A stretch of 64,000 bases of DNA, from assembly GCA_043228905.1 (NCBI GenBank), contig JBHGNT010000016.1, positions 18,848,001 to 18,912,000 of the forward strand, given 5' to 3'. Under the pieces are notes generated by a model. The model saw only the letters and a list, made by a program, of their open reading frames with translations, did no database searches and was not told the DNA's origin. Made by a program: the position numbers and the translations under genes. Source of the stretch: Azolla caroliniana (Eukaryota; Plantae; Polypodiophyta). The number at the start of each line of letters is the position of its first letter. Position 1 is the first letter of the stretch. Of the stretch, positions 1 through 12,263 are shown in pieces.

Positions 1-3000
1 AAAGAACTGTCGGCATTTCCGTAAAGACAAGGAAACCGACGGTACCGATTCGAAGCAAACCCCGGACCGGACCGGTAAAGACCGAAACGGTAAAGACCAG
101 AGGGGGCCGGACCGGAAGGGAACGACGGCAATCGCGGCAAGTGAAGAAGAGTTGATGCTCATCACCGAGGAGAGTGAGATAAACCTTGCCTGCGACGAGA
201 TGACCTGGGTGGTATACTCCGGAGCGTCGTTCCACCTTACCCCGGACGAGAAATGCTTCTCATCCTACTCAGCCGGTGACCACGGCTATGTTCGGATGGG
301 GAATGAAGGTACATGCCGAATTATCGGCATAGGAGACGTGTGGCTGTGAACACCAACCAGATGCAAGTTGCTGCTGAAGGATGTTCGACACGTTCCGGAG
401 GTTCGTCTGAACCTGATATCAGCCGGTCAGCTAGATGATGAAGGCTACACGGGTAGCATCCGGAACGGGGTCATGAAGTTCAGCAAAGGGAGCCTGATTG
501 TGGCTCGGGCCCGGAAGGTCAACACGTTGTACCTGATCAATGCCCGGTTGTGTCCGGAAGAAGTGAACGTGGCATCCGACACTGCCGGTGAGTTGTGGCA
601 CAAGAGGTTGTGTCATATGAGCGAGAAGGGGATGAAGAGGCTTGCAGACGACAACCTCATTCCAGTGAAGAACGTGCACTTAGAGAAGTGCACTGATTGT
701 CTGGCCGGTAAGCAGAACCAGACCTCCTTCCGACCAAGGCCACCGATGAGACGTAATGCACTACTGGAGTTGGTGCATACGGATGTGTGTCAAGTAGACA
801 CGAAGTCACATGCCGGAGCGTAGTACTTCGTGACGTTCATAGATGACCACAGCCGGAAGCTGTGAGCCACACCACTGAAGACGAAGGATCAGGTGCTATC
901 TGTCTTCAAAGAGCTCGACGCGAGAGTGGAAAGAGAAACCGGCCGGAAGCTGAAGGCGGTTCGAGCAGACAACGGAGGAGAATACCGGGGGCAGTTCGAG
1001 GAGTACTGCCGCTCGAAGGGGATCCGGCTCGAATTTACCGTGGCGAAAACGCCGGAACTAAACGGACTGGCTGAGAGGATGAATCGGACCATAATGGAGA
1101 GGGTCCGGAGTATGCTAGCGCATGCAAAACTACCCAAGAATTTTTGGGCTGAGGCACTGTCGACGGCGACATATGTGATAAACAGATCACCCTTAGTACC
1201 CTTGGACGGAGACATGCCACAGAGAGTATGGACCGGTAAGGAAGTGTCCTACCGGCATTTGAGGGTGTTCGGGTGTCTCGCGTACGTGCATGTTGCAAAG
1301 GACCGGAGAGGAAAGTTAGATCCAAAGACCCGGCCATGCATATTCCTCGGTTACGGTGACGATGAGTTCGGCTACCGAGTGTGGGACCCGGTCGATAAGA
1401 AGGTATTCCGGAGTCGAGATATTATCTTCATGGAGGACAAGACGCTCGCCGACTGGGAGTCGGAGAAGAAGATAATGAACTCCGAGTCGACCGGTAAGGA
1501 TGTTCTACTGATCGATGAGGGGGAGCCGGAAAGCTTCGAAGAAGCGAAGGAAGACACCCACAACCGAAAATGGTTAAGTGCCATGCAGGATGAGATGGAT
1601 TCCCTGCATGAGAACCATACATATGAATTGGTGGAGTTGCCGAAAGGAAAGCAGGCACTCCGAAACAAGTGGGTGTACAAGTTGAAACCGGGAGATGCCG
1701 GCAACCCCCCGAGATACAAAGCCAGGATCATGGTGAAGGGGTTCCAGCAGAAGAAGGGCGTGGACTTCAACGAGATATTTGCCCCGGTAGTAAAGATGAC
1801 CTCCATCCCGACGGTGCTGAGTATAGCAGTAAGCATGGACCTCGAGGTAGAGCAGCTGGACGTGAAGACGGCATTCCTTCACGGCGACCTCGAAGAGGAG
1901 ATCTACATGCAGCAATCAGAAGGATTTGTGGAGAAAGGAAAGGAGCACCTGGTATGCCGGTTGAAGAAGAGCCTGTACGGACTGAAGTAAGCTCCTCGGC
2001 AATGGTACCGGAAGTTCCACTCCTTCATGACTGATCAAGGGTACCACAAGACACAGGCCGATCACTGTGTGTTTGTGAAGAAGTTCGAAGGAGGCGACTT
2101 CTTAATACTACTCCTATACGTGGATGACATGTTGATCGTCGGACGTGACCAAGTCAAAATACGGATGCTGAAGAAGGCTCTCAACCGGACCTTCTCAATG
2201 AAAGACTTGGGTCCGGCAAGACAGATGTTGGGGATGCACATCATTCAGGACTGGTTAAAGAAGCAACTATGGCTGTCATAGGAGAAGTATGTGACAAAGG
2301 TGCTTCACCGGTTCAACATGTCAGAAGCGAAGCCGGTCGGATCGACACTTCCGGCAAACTGCAAGCTATCCGGCAAGCAAAGCCCGAAGACAAAAGCAGA
2401 GAAGGCGGATATGATGAAGATTCCATATGCCTCTGCCGTCGGGAGCTTGATGTACGCTATGGTGTGTACCCGACCGGATATAGGATACGCAGTCGGAGTG
2501 GTGAGCTGGTTCATGAGTAATCCCGGCAAGGAGCACTGGAACGCAGTCAAATGGATACTCTGGTATTTGAAGGGCACTTCAAATATGTGTCTCCGATTCG
2601 GCTCCAGAAAACCTCAACTGGACGGTTTCACCGATTCGGACATGTCGGCTGATGTGGATACCAGCCGGTCTACATCCGGGTTTGTAATGACATATGCAGG
2701 GGGAGCTGTTTCATGGCAGTCGAGGCTACAGAAGACGGTTGCATTGTCAACCACGGAGGCGGAGTACATGGCAGCTGTGGAAGCCGGCAAGGAAATTTTA
2801 TGGATGAAGGACTTCATCGGAGAGCTCGGTATACGGCAAGAGGAATACCGACTCTACTGCGACAGTCAAAGTGCCATCCACCTTGCTAAAAATGCGGCCT
2901 ACCATTCCCGGACGAAGCATATCCAGCGGAGGTATCACTGGATCCGGGAAAGAGTAGATGACCAGGAGTTCGCACTGACGAAGATCCACACAGCCGAGAA

Positions 3001-3094
3001 CGGGTCAGATATGTTGACCAAAGTGCTGACACCCGACAAGCTGGATGCATGCCGGAAGAGAATCGGACTGGTAAGACACCCCATGCCGGAGTGA
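1..3094 (+). pseudogene. copia gag-pol polyprotein, interrupted by in-frame stops
   Basis: ORFs at 152, 368, 893, 2027 and 2291 are all in one frame. Motifs: WVVYSGAS (protease DSG with D>Y), LWHKRLCH..C..C, LELVHTDV/RADNGGEY/NGLAERMNRT (integrase), QLDVKTAFLHG and YVDDML (RT), TDSD/STTEAEY/YCDSQSAI/ADMLTK-like (RNaseH). Stops at 347, 821, 863, 1988, 2279. Confidence 0.93.
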
Positions 3095-3104
3095 AGGGGG
3101 AGTT

Positions 3105-3850
3105 TGTTGGGAGACAGGTCCCTCCAGATGGGAAGGAAGAAGAACAGTACCGACTATCGGCCGAGGCCGAACCGGTATGAGGAGTACCCGGCTACGGAGA
3201 GCCGGATGGTGCAGGCCCGGTATGAACCGGATGAGGAGTACCCGGCTACGGAGAGCCGGATGGTGCAGGCCCGGTATGAACCGGATGAGGGGTACCTGGC
3301 TACGGAGAGTCGGATGGTGCAAGCCCGGTATGAACCAGATGAGGAGTACCCGGCTACGGAGAGCCGGATGGTGCAGGCCCGGTATGAACCGGAGGAAGAG
3401 ACATATTCGTAAATATGTTTCTGAGAGCCCATCGAGGCTATATTTGTAAATAGCCAAAAAGTCATATTAGTATAAATATGACTTAGGGCAAACCGTAGTG
3501 GTTGTTGTCATTCTTCCTTGTTGGTGCAAGAAGAAGAGAGAGTGCGTAACTGTACAGAGAGAGAGAGAGAGACGAGGTCGTTGCCTCTGTTGTAACCGCC
3601 GCCTGTGGCGAAGATTTGTGAGCACGAGGTCGGTGCCTTAGTGAACTCACTGTTTTGTACATTCATACATAGTGACAGTTTGCAGCCTGTGGGCTGCCGT
3701 GGTTTTTCCCCTAGCTTGGGGTTTTCCACGTAAACCTCCTGTGTACCTCTTCTCTCCTTTTTTTTGTGTCGCGTGTTTTTTTTCGTTTCCTGTTTTCTGT
3801 GTAAGTAAAGAATCTCGGTTGCAGCCGAGCGTTGGACATAAGGAACGACA
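3105..3850 (+). repeat. 3' LTR of copia element
   Basis: TG...CA termini directly after the PPT; TATAAATA at about 3471. Confidence 0.85.
3172..3393 (+). repeat. 54-bp tandem repeat x4 in LTR U3
   Basis: Unit GAACCGGATGAGGAGTACCCGGCTACGGAGAGCCGGATGGTGCAGGCCCGGTAT repeated about 4 times. Confidence 0.95.
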
Positions 3851-3865
3851 AGTTCCCGTCACTTA

Positions 3866-3898
<33 letters not shown>

Positions 3899-3902
<4 letters not shown>

Positions 3903-6192
3903 GCATATTATTCATATTATGCATTTGAGAACACATGCAATCTTGGAGATATTAAGTGTTGGGTCCTCAAGAAATATCTTTTTGACACTTTGGTGACCCC
4001 GGTTCTTCTCTATGGGGTGGAAGTATGGGGCGGTAGCATCCCTAAATCTACGTGGAAAGAGTTTGAAAATGTCCAAAAACATTTTCTTACAAAGTTTCTA
4101 CAAGTTAAGAAACAAACGCCCTACACCCTCCTCCTCCTTGAGACAGTGTCATGAAGATCCGTCACTACGTGCGGATCGTGAGGCGGAACCGCCGGGGTTC
4201 TGGATTGGACGGACTCGAAGTTTGCATTAGCTTTAGCCAGAAAGGATTTTAGATAGATTGAGAGAGAGAGATTGAGATTAAGATTCCAATTTTGAAATAG
4301 ATTGAGAACGATTGAAATAGAAAGAGAGATTAAGATTGAACTCTTGATTTTAGATTTGAAGAACAAGATTGATACATCAATTGGATAACGAGTTTCTTAT
4401 TTTTTAATTTCTTGATTAATACATCACTCTCGTTTTTCTTCTTCATCCCCTCTTTTATAGACGCTCCCATGCATATGATGCATGTGAGGGTACAAGACAT
4501 GCATACAATGCATGGAATGCATGTGATGCATGTTTGTCATTTGGCGCTCATGCATTACATATGATGCATGATAACCATGACACTCAATCAAGCTCTAATA
4601 TAAGAATTTACATGTAAAAGAATAATGATAGGAAAAACATTTCTAAGGAAATCACTAAGCCTAGTGGTAAGTCTATTGCTTCCTATCTTGGAGGTTCGAG
4701 GTTCAAGCCTTGCTTGCATCCCTTTGATTACAAATTTCTAATAGGTTTTTTAGTCTAGATGATTTTGTTCGTTTCACACCGAAATCGTCGTGATCAACCT
4801 ATCCGATCGATCCGTCTATTTGGTCCACTTCTGACCCGGTGATTCGGTTTATCCGTTCTGGTTCCAGCTCCGTCCGTCCGGTTCCGGCTCCGTCGTCGTC
4901 CAGTGTCAGTTTTGGCTCCGTCGTCGTCCGTTCGGTTCCGGTTCCGACTTCGTCACCGTCCAGTGACGGTGTCGGTTCCAGATCCGTCGTCGTCCGTCCA
5001 TCCGGTTCCGGCTCCGTCCAAAACACTATTTTGAATAACTTGGTCGCATCCATATATCCAAGTTACACAACCCAACCCTTCTGTGCTCCTAGCACTTAGA
5101 TAAAGTATAAAGAAATCTGGCTCTACTTATATACTCTTACATCCTAATGTTGTCCTATCTATGTGGGATATCTCAATTTAGTTTTTCTCTTCTTCTTCTC
5201 AAACTTCACATTCACATAACTTGACACTAACTTGTCCATTTCACATGTAGTAAAGTACATTCAGAATCTCTTGAAGACCTCCCTCTTCCCCTACCAAGAT
5301 ATTAAGCTAATCTAAAATATTATCTTCACTATCATTGTTTCATGTCTTGTGTGAAGAACCACACTCGATTTTGGACATTCCTCGCAATTTTCATACCATT
5401 GCCGAAAATCTTCACAACAACGGGATCGCTTCCCATTGAGATCATGGCCATGGAAAGGGTTGTTGAATACATGCTTAAGGTTCAAAGAAGCCCCTCACAT
5501 CGACTTTCTAGAATTGCATGGGAAGCAAGAAAAAAGATCCAAAAGACGCATCAGAGCAAATTTTTGTGTTCCGGTTGGATGCAAGATTTAGAAAATTGGT
5601 TTGGTAGATGGGATGCAAGACACTTGCTTCATGATGCGTCACTAGATTCCTTTGTAAATGAGGCCTTTTTGAAATGTCAATGTATCATGACATGGGGAAA
5701 ATGTGGTGGCTCATGCTTCACACATTATACTAAAAATGTTGCACCTAATTACAAAACCATATTCTTCGCAGAACGGGGAAGTCGTACACATCGATACATG
5801 TTAGATCCCATCCCGATATCTGCCATTCCAACCATTGCTTCCATGCAACTTAGCTCGCACACATTGAGATGTGAGACGGGGCGTTGGGGCACAAGTGATG
5901 AGAGTGGTCGACTATGCACACTTTGCCCTAAACAAGTTCGAGAATCTGAGTATCACACTTTGATACAATGCTTTGCCTTTGATCATATTCGACCATGCTT
6001 TCCACATCTCTTCGATCAATCCCAATCCTTGCACGAATTTCTCTCACAACCACGATGTGCACTCTCGATTGCAACATTCATTGGTAAAGTTCTTGAACAT
6101 TGAGAGTCGCTACTCACCTTCACACGTATCACGTGAAATGTAATATTTTTGGTCTCATAGGTCATATTTGACCTCCGAAGACGATAATATAA

Positions 6193-6197
<5 letters not shown>
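3899..6197 (+). mobile_element. 5'-truncated RTE-X-like LINE (3' part), interrupted by a solo LTR
   Basis: Peptides LFDTLVTPVLLYGVEVWG...LLLLET|GSLPIEIMA, SSHTLRCETGRW and a C-terminal CTLC..ESEYH..C knuckle. 3' hairpin followed by a (CT)n tail. Colinear with the copy at 49260-50268. Clade assignment is inferred. Confidence 0.8.
4147..5419 (-). mobile_element. solo LTR (gypsy-like) with 4-bp TSD
   Basis: Termini TGTCATGAAGAT...ATCTTCACAACA; flanks ACAG (4143-4146) and ACGG (5420-5423). The empty site GAGACGGGATC is seen at about 49483. The minus-strand start resembles the LTR at 38207. Confidence 0.85.
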
Positions 6198-6245
<48 letters not shown>

Positions 6246-6246
<1 letters not shown>

Positions 6247-7222
6247 TTTGGTGAAAACACACAATTATATTAATGAATGTGTGTAAAAAACACTACTTAC
6301 AATGGGTGTGACCATGAGGTATGGTCACCCACTAACTACACTACACTACACTACATGGGTAATGGAACATGTTGAATTGCCAATAGGCAAGACGAACATT
6401 CCACCGAGGAAAGGATTTCCACTTGCTCCAATAAAGAAAATTGCCACATTAGTACTCCCTTCAACTTTTGTAGATATGCTTTCACTCCATGTCTACCATT
6501 GAATACAAAAGCGTTGCGCATATTCCAATTATGACGCAATCCCTAATATCTCAAAAATAGAAAAACAATCTCCATCTCTGACTTTGGGTCCACCTGTGTA
6601 AATTGTGCAAACAACCACTATCTAGGTGTCAAATAACATCGTGATAAAACTTGCCAAATTTGAGAAATGTAACTCCAAATCTGAGAAGCAATCAAGCATT
6701 GTATAAATCGATGAGTATTATCTTCCATTTGAACAGTGCAAAAAAAACAATTACTCGTTGCTAGTCCATGACGCTTTAGAGCTAATCCCAAAGGAAATCC
6801 TCCAATCAAAACTCTCCAAATGAAGACCTTTGCTACAAGTGGCAATTTAGAATGCCAACTACGTTGTAAGATTTGCCACCACCCATGATCAGATTTGTGT
6901 AATCTCCATTCTTCTTCAACCTTAGATGATAACCATCTAAGAGACTCAACAGAGCAATGATACAAAAGATTAGTATCCACTTGTAACAACGATGTTTGAC
7001 CCTTTAAACACCAATCAATCCACGGTTGTTCTCCTGTTTGTAGAGGTAAGGGACCTTGCCTTAATGGAATATTTCGTAGTTGTTGCCAAATAAACCCATA
7101 ATTAGGCGGAATGCGTAATAATTGTTGTGCTTCAACAAACTCCAAATTTTTTTGAGATAGAGCCTCAACTATATCTCCCACCTCTTTGACCCCCAAATGA
7201 AACAAACAATTAAATTAAGAGC

Positions 7223-7226
<4 letters not shown>
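6246..7226 (-). mobile_element. L1/Tx1-like LINE 3' fragment (zf-RVT region)
   Basis: ORF 6618-7205 has KVFIWRVLIGGFP...CFFC....DNTHRFIQC; flanked by (CT)n on both sides (6198-6245, 7227-7268). Confidence 0.8.
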
Positions 7227-7268
<42 letters not shown>

Positions 7269-7270
<2 letters not shown>

Positions 7271-7362
7271 GGGACATATGATAAAATTGGAACGATACAT
7301 AGAAGATTAGCATGGCCCTTGCACAAGGATGACACACAAATCGAGAAATGGTCCAAGTTTTT
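7269..7362 (+). pseudogene. U6: U6 snRNA retro-pseudogene
   Basis: CGGGGACATATGATAAAATTGGAACGATACATAGAAGATTAGCATGGCCCTTGCACAAGGATGACACACAAATCGAGAAATGGTCCAAGTTTTT matches plant U6. The ACAGAGA box is mutated to ACATAGA, and upstream is (CT)n with no USE/TATA promoter. Confidence 0.92.
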
Positions 7363-7487
7363 AATTATTTTATTTTATTTTTATTTTCGATGATTGGGTA
7401 CACACCCTATTATGTTGTAAACTAATTGTCTCATGGGCCAATTTTGGTCTTAAAAGACGTTAATATATATTTCTTTCTCTCTCTCTT
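7363..7487 (+). mobile_element. LINE 3' UTR/terminus fused to U6
   Basis: Aligns by eye with the LINE 3' end at about 10866-10962 (TTATTTT..GAT.ATTGGGTA.ACA..C..ATT..TGTAA...AATTGTCTCATGGG.CAA.TTTGGTCTTA.AAGACGT.AATA); ends in a CT tail. Confidence 0.75.
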
Positions 7488-7984
7488 TGATGAAAACACA
7501 CAATTATATTAATAATTGTGTGTGAAAAAGGCTTGGTGGATAACCGAAGTCGAACACCAATCCGGCTACGAACTAAAAACCTTCCAATCAGGTAATAGAG
7601 GAGAATACACCTCGAAAGCCTTTGAAAAGTGATGGGCTAGAAAAGTCCCACTCTACCCATTGTATGTTCTTAGTGTCAACACTCCACTTGGAGTTAGGGC
7701 TTAGTTACCCCAATTATAAATAAGAGGGAACTAAGTCTTGTAACAAAGATCGACGGAGTTTGAATAACAATTGTCTCTTGAGCTCTCAAATTGTGTAACT
7801 GTCTTTTCTTGTTTTTGTTTTTCTCTTTGATCCTTGAGTATAATAGTGCACCATTCCATTCTACCTACTTCCTGATTGCCAACTCCATTCAACAAGGTCC
7901 ATACATGTTTCTGCATCAGTCGGCCAACCTCACACATCATAGCCGACCAAGACACATGTCTAATGTCAACAAGAGGTAGCTATT

Positions 7985-9745
7985 CGAGAGAGGATCCGAC
8001 ACCAATGAACCGCTCCCTACACCCCGATGCAGAATGGTGTAGCTGAACACATGAACCAGATGATCCAAGAAAGAGTGACGAAAATTCTCCAACATGCAAG
8101 ATTAAAGTCAAAAGGTTGTAGAAACAACCGTCTTCATTGTCAAGATTAAAGTCGAAAGTCCTTCGACGGTGGTGAAGAAGGTTGTTTACTTGATTAATCT
8201 CTCGCCGTCAAAGGCCATCAAGCTTCAAATGCCACAAGCACTATGGTTGGGTATACAACCGACCTACGACCAACATTGCATTTGCCCGCATACCAAGGGA
8301 GAACCGATCAAACCCCCCATTTGAGAAAATGCATCTTTCTTGGTCATGGGACAAACGACATTTTTGGCTTTTGGCTTTGGGACCTTGAGCACAAGAAGTT
8401 GATCAGGAGTAGCGACATAGTCTTAAATGAAGATTCAATCAACTTGATCCGAAGGCAACCTTGAACTGGCAAGAGAGTTAGTTTCAACTATAATTCTCCA
8501 ATTGAGTCAGAGGTCGAAATGTTGAATGTTGAATGTTGGCCTAGAGTATGTTCCGGACAAGTAATGTGGATGGGGACGAGTCAGAGTATAATAATATAAA
8601 TAATAATATAATTATTAGTATTAGTAATATAGAAATGGACATATCTGGATAGTTGTACCAATCCGGATCTGCACGGATTGATAGTTGGTAGCCGGTAACG
8701 CACCGTTTTGTAACTCATGCTGAACACCTATAAAAAGGGTTTGGAATCAATGTAAAGGTTAACGGAAGTAATATGAGATTAGTGTTTTTCTATTCTTAAT
8801 TGGTATAGCTTGTCTACTTGTCATTCGATGCTTAAACTCTTAATCTTATGTGTGTTATAATTAATCAGTTGCGTAATAAGTAATCCAGAAGACATCCAAG
8901 GATAGTCAAATCGAAATCGGATAGATTCCAGATAACATCCATATCCTAACCACCCCTTTGGAGAAGTGTCCCGGAACGGACACCTTGTGTTTGTGATTAA
9001 GTCCAGCCCAAGATAAATACTGTACCCGAATTGGCTAGTGAGTCAACCAACAAAATTGAACATGCTAAAGAGTTGACCACTAGGACCGAATCGGCTAAAG
9101 AGCTGACTGACCAATCCGAACCAACGACGACCCAAATGAGTTGGCCGAATACTCTCGAGGTAGGGCTTTAGGGGTAGATTCAACACAGACGCAAGGAAAT
9201 TGCAATAGTGGATCCCAATAAGATCTCCATCAAACAGGGGTTCACACAATGCCAACTGGGCACCCACCCCAGATGAAGAAGTTGAACCGACTACATCGAC
9301 ACCAAGGAGATTGAGACGAGTCTGAAAGCCAACAGTTCTATTAATCATGCTTGGACTACGTCAACTATATGAACATAGGCAAAACATGCTCATACGAAGA
9401 AGTTATAGCTACATCAGATGTCGAAACATGGAGTAAAGCCATGAAAACCGAGATGGACTCTATCAAAGAAAACGACATATGGGAGTTGGTTCCACTACTA
9501 GCCGGCAGAAAGCCATTGCCATGAAAGTGGGTTTTCAGATACAAATTCGTATCTAGTTTGTACCAACACAAGTACAAAGCTTAGCTTGTCCCAAAGGGGT
9601 TTAAGCAGGAACATGAAGTCAACTACAATCAAATCTTCTCACCAATAGTCAAGATAATGACCCTTCGGCTCCTACTAGGAGTCGTCACGATAAAAGACCT
9701 AAAGCTTGAGCAAATGGACGTCAAGACGGTCTTTTTGTACGGATA
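7985..9745 (+). mobile_element. degenerate Ty1/copia fragment (integrase and RT N-terminus)
   Basis: Remnants QNGVAEHMNQMIQERV, KCIFLGHG..FWLWDLEHKKLIRSSDIV, AMKTEMDSIKENDIWELV, EQMDVKTVFLYG with stops and frameshifts. Confidence 0.85.
8549..8982 (+). mobile_element. possible solo LTR nested in the copia fragment
   Basis: Starts TGTTCCGGACA, has CCTATAAAAGGG at about 8727, and an imperfect inverted end TGTCCCGGAACG at 8967-8978. No TSD found. Confidence 0.4.
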
Positions 9746-9749
9746 ACCC

Positions 9750-10962
9750 CTTCCCTCATGTATGTAGCGGCAGTTTAGGCTCCAGGGCTACCACCTTTCA
9801 TGTGGACACAATTAGAGAGACCATTGGTGATTATATTATCACGTCAACTCCAAAGCAAACCAAAACTATGACATGAGTTCAGTTATACTAGCTCTTGGTA
9901 TAGCACTGTGGTAAGTTGGCTTTTTGCAAACAACCTAAACATTAATAACCTACATCCTCTTAGGTACAACTACGAGACCAATAAAACTTTAATCTCTCAT
10001 GAGGACCATTATAAAGTGATACGCCAAGAAATATGGCAAATTTACACTCAACATAAATGTATCAACATAGTAGAGCCACTCCCATTTAAAATGTTGTATT
10101 GTAAGGAATATTTCATGCATTTCTCTAAGTTAGATTTTATTATACTACCAAAATATTCAGATACATTTTTACCAAATGCACTAAGGGTTGCCATCGGATA
10201 ACTTCACATGTCATCTCACCAACTTGAGATTGAAAATGGTTCTGCTAAAGGAAAGTATATGCAGTTTATGTCACATAGAGATAGAGGATGAGTATCACTT
10301 TACATGAAAGTGTCTAGCTTATGTCCAGATAAAGGAAACATACCAAGACATACGAGGACTAACTCCCATGTTCTTCCAACTATTGGATACCTTAGATATA
10401 AAGACAATAGATAGGTATATCTTAGAGCTAAAATAACATAGAGAGAATAAGCTACAAAATGTTAACCATACCTTTCTAAGATTCACCAATATGTAACCAT
10501 CGTAGTTTTCAGGAACAATGGGGGACAATGAACATGGACACAATTGCACCACTTGTCATCTCCCTCGCTAAAGTTGAAAACCAAAGAACAACCAAACGCC
10601 CTCGGATACTGGGTCTCAAAGTCCCTCGTTATGTAGAAGCAATTAAGAAGATAAGGGAACATGTGTTACCCCACCTAAAAGTTATGGTTAGAATACCTTT
10701 TACATGGAGACCATGGGCCACACTCGCATCAAAACCCTTTGAACCCCCGCTCCTTTTTGAGAGACTTCGATAAAAATGAAACTAGTCTCAATACATAGCC
10801 ATTTACATTATAGAATATGTTAAACCCCATACATCTTTTGTACCACACTAAAACTCTTTTATCTATGTTTATTTTATTTTTATTTTTGATAATTGGGTAT
10901 ACATCCCATTATTGTAACCAATTGTCTCATGGGTCAAATTTGGTCTTAGAAGACGTGAATAC
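9750..10962 (+). mobile_element. degenerate RTE-X-like LINE 3' fragment
   Basis: Remnants LRVAIG*LHMSSHQLEIENG and EIEDEYHFT; the same terminal hairpin GTCTCATGGGTCAAATTTGGTCTTAGAAGACG. Confidence 0.65.
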
Positions 10963-12263
10963 TCATGTTGGAAGAGTAAAATTCTCTCATCCGGTTGGGT
11001 AGTTGACATAAAAAAATGGCTCAAAAGATTGGATGTGGAAGATCTCCTAGAGCTTTCAATTGATGCTATGAAATATGTAGTTATCGAGGAAAGATTAATT
11101 GATCAATTAAGAAGTGCAGAGATACTAAAAGGATAAAATTAAAATATTACATTGCAAACATCAATCATGAAAGACATGAGCCCTAACATTCCTTCACACT
11201 TGATCACACAACCTAGGTATCAAAGGTAAGCAAGAAAGGGCTAGTAGAGAATGAGCATCACTTGCTTTTTACATGCTCTGCATAGACTGCAATTTGTAAG
11301 AGCTCTGATGATATATTAAGAGGGGGTTATGACTTGAGTGTCACACTATAGAGAACACCACGAAGGTTGACCTCACATGTGTATGCCTTATTTACACATC
11401 GAGACTTGGTGCTTCAAAGTACGAATATACCATCTTAGGAAAGAGACATCAAGATAATTTTTGTAATTAGTTCCCATGTTTATGTCTCCTTCCTTGTCTT
11501 TTCCAATATCTGTGGATCGTACTATTCTAAACATGTGTTTATTCTTAAAGAAAGAATCAAGAATCCATGCCAATCTAAACAACTCCAATTCTTTGAATGT
11601 ACAAGAACACGACTGTGTTGATTCACTCTTTTCTCTACATATTGGTGTGACACAAGCAAAGAGTGCATGCTCAAAACACAGAACTACTTTAGCAAAGAGC
11701 TATCCAACTACAATACACAAGACTCCTGGAGAAACAAGTATCACATATGATCTACCAACAATCATGTGCCCAACAATTGCACACATGTATACGTTCACCT
11801 AACACTACACACATGTTATTGCAACCCTACACAACGCTTTATACATTTGTAGTCTTGCGTACAATCAAAACATTCCATGTGCAATGTTGCAATCTTGTTT
11901 ACGAAACTAATGTGCAACATTGTAGTTTTGTCCATAAATCGACCATTTTACCCTAGCCCAAGTTATATAGATATGTAAATACGTGCCGAGCATCATAGTT
12001 CTTCAAACATACTTTTGATTCTCACATTAAGGAACCACATGCGTATAAGAATCATACTTTGCTAAATAGGGATCCATATGAAATTTCATAGTTATCTAAA
12101 CAAACACCATTTCATGGTGACTGTGAATCCACCTTTTACACCATGTCAAAACTAGAGCTTGCTTTGTACATTTACAAAAGATAATTGAAGGCCTAACATA
12201 TAATGGTAAATGACACTATGCATTCTCTATATTTTTAAATCCTAATCCTTCATGTACTAAAAC

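Larger units (their letters stand above)
1..3850 (+). mobile_element. Ty1/copia LTR retrotransposon (Tnt1/Tork-like), 5' part outside window
   Basis: Domain order protease-integrase-RT-RNaseH, then PPT AAGGGGGAG (3094-3102) and an LTR starting TGTTGG at 3105 and ending CGACA at 3850. Confidence 0.95.

Noticed and set aside
3005-3465. Repetitive ORFs (YEPDEEYPATESRMVQAR etc.) and a CRISPR-like periodicity
   Set aside because: These come from a 54-bp head-to-tail LTR repeat with no unique spacers, in a eukaryotic context with no cas genes.
7269-7362. Functional U6 snRNA gene
   Set aside because: ACAGAGA box mutated, other substitutions present, 5' end merges into (CT)n, and no upstream USE/TATA.
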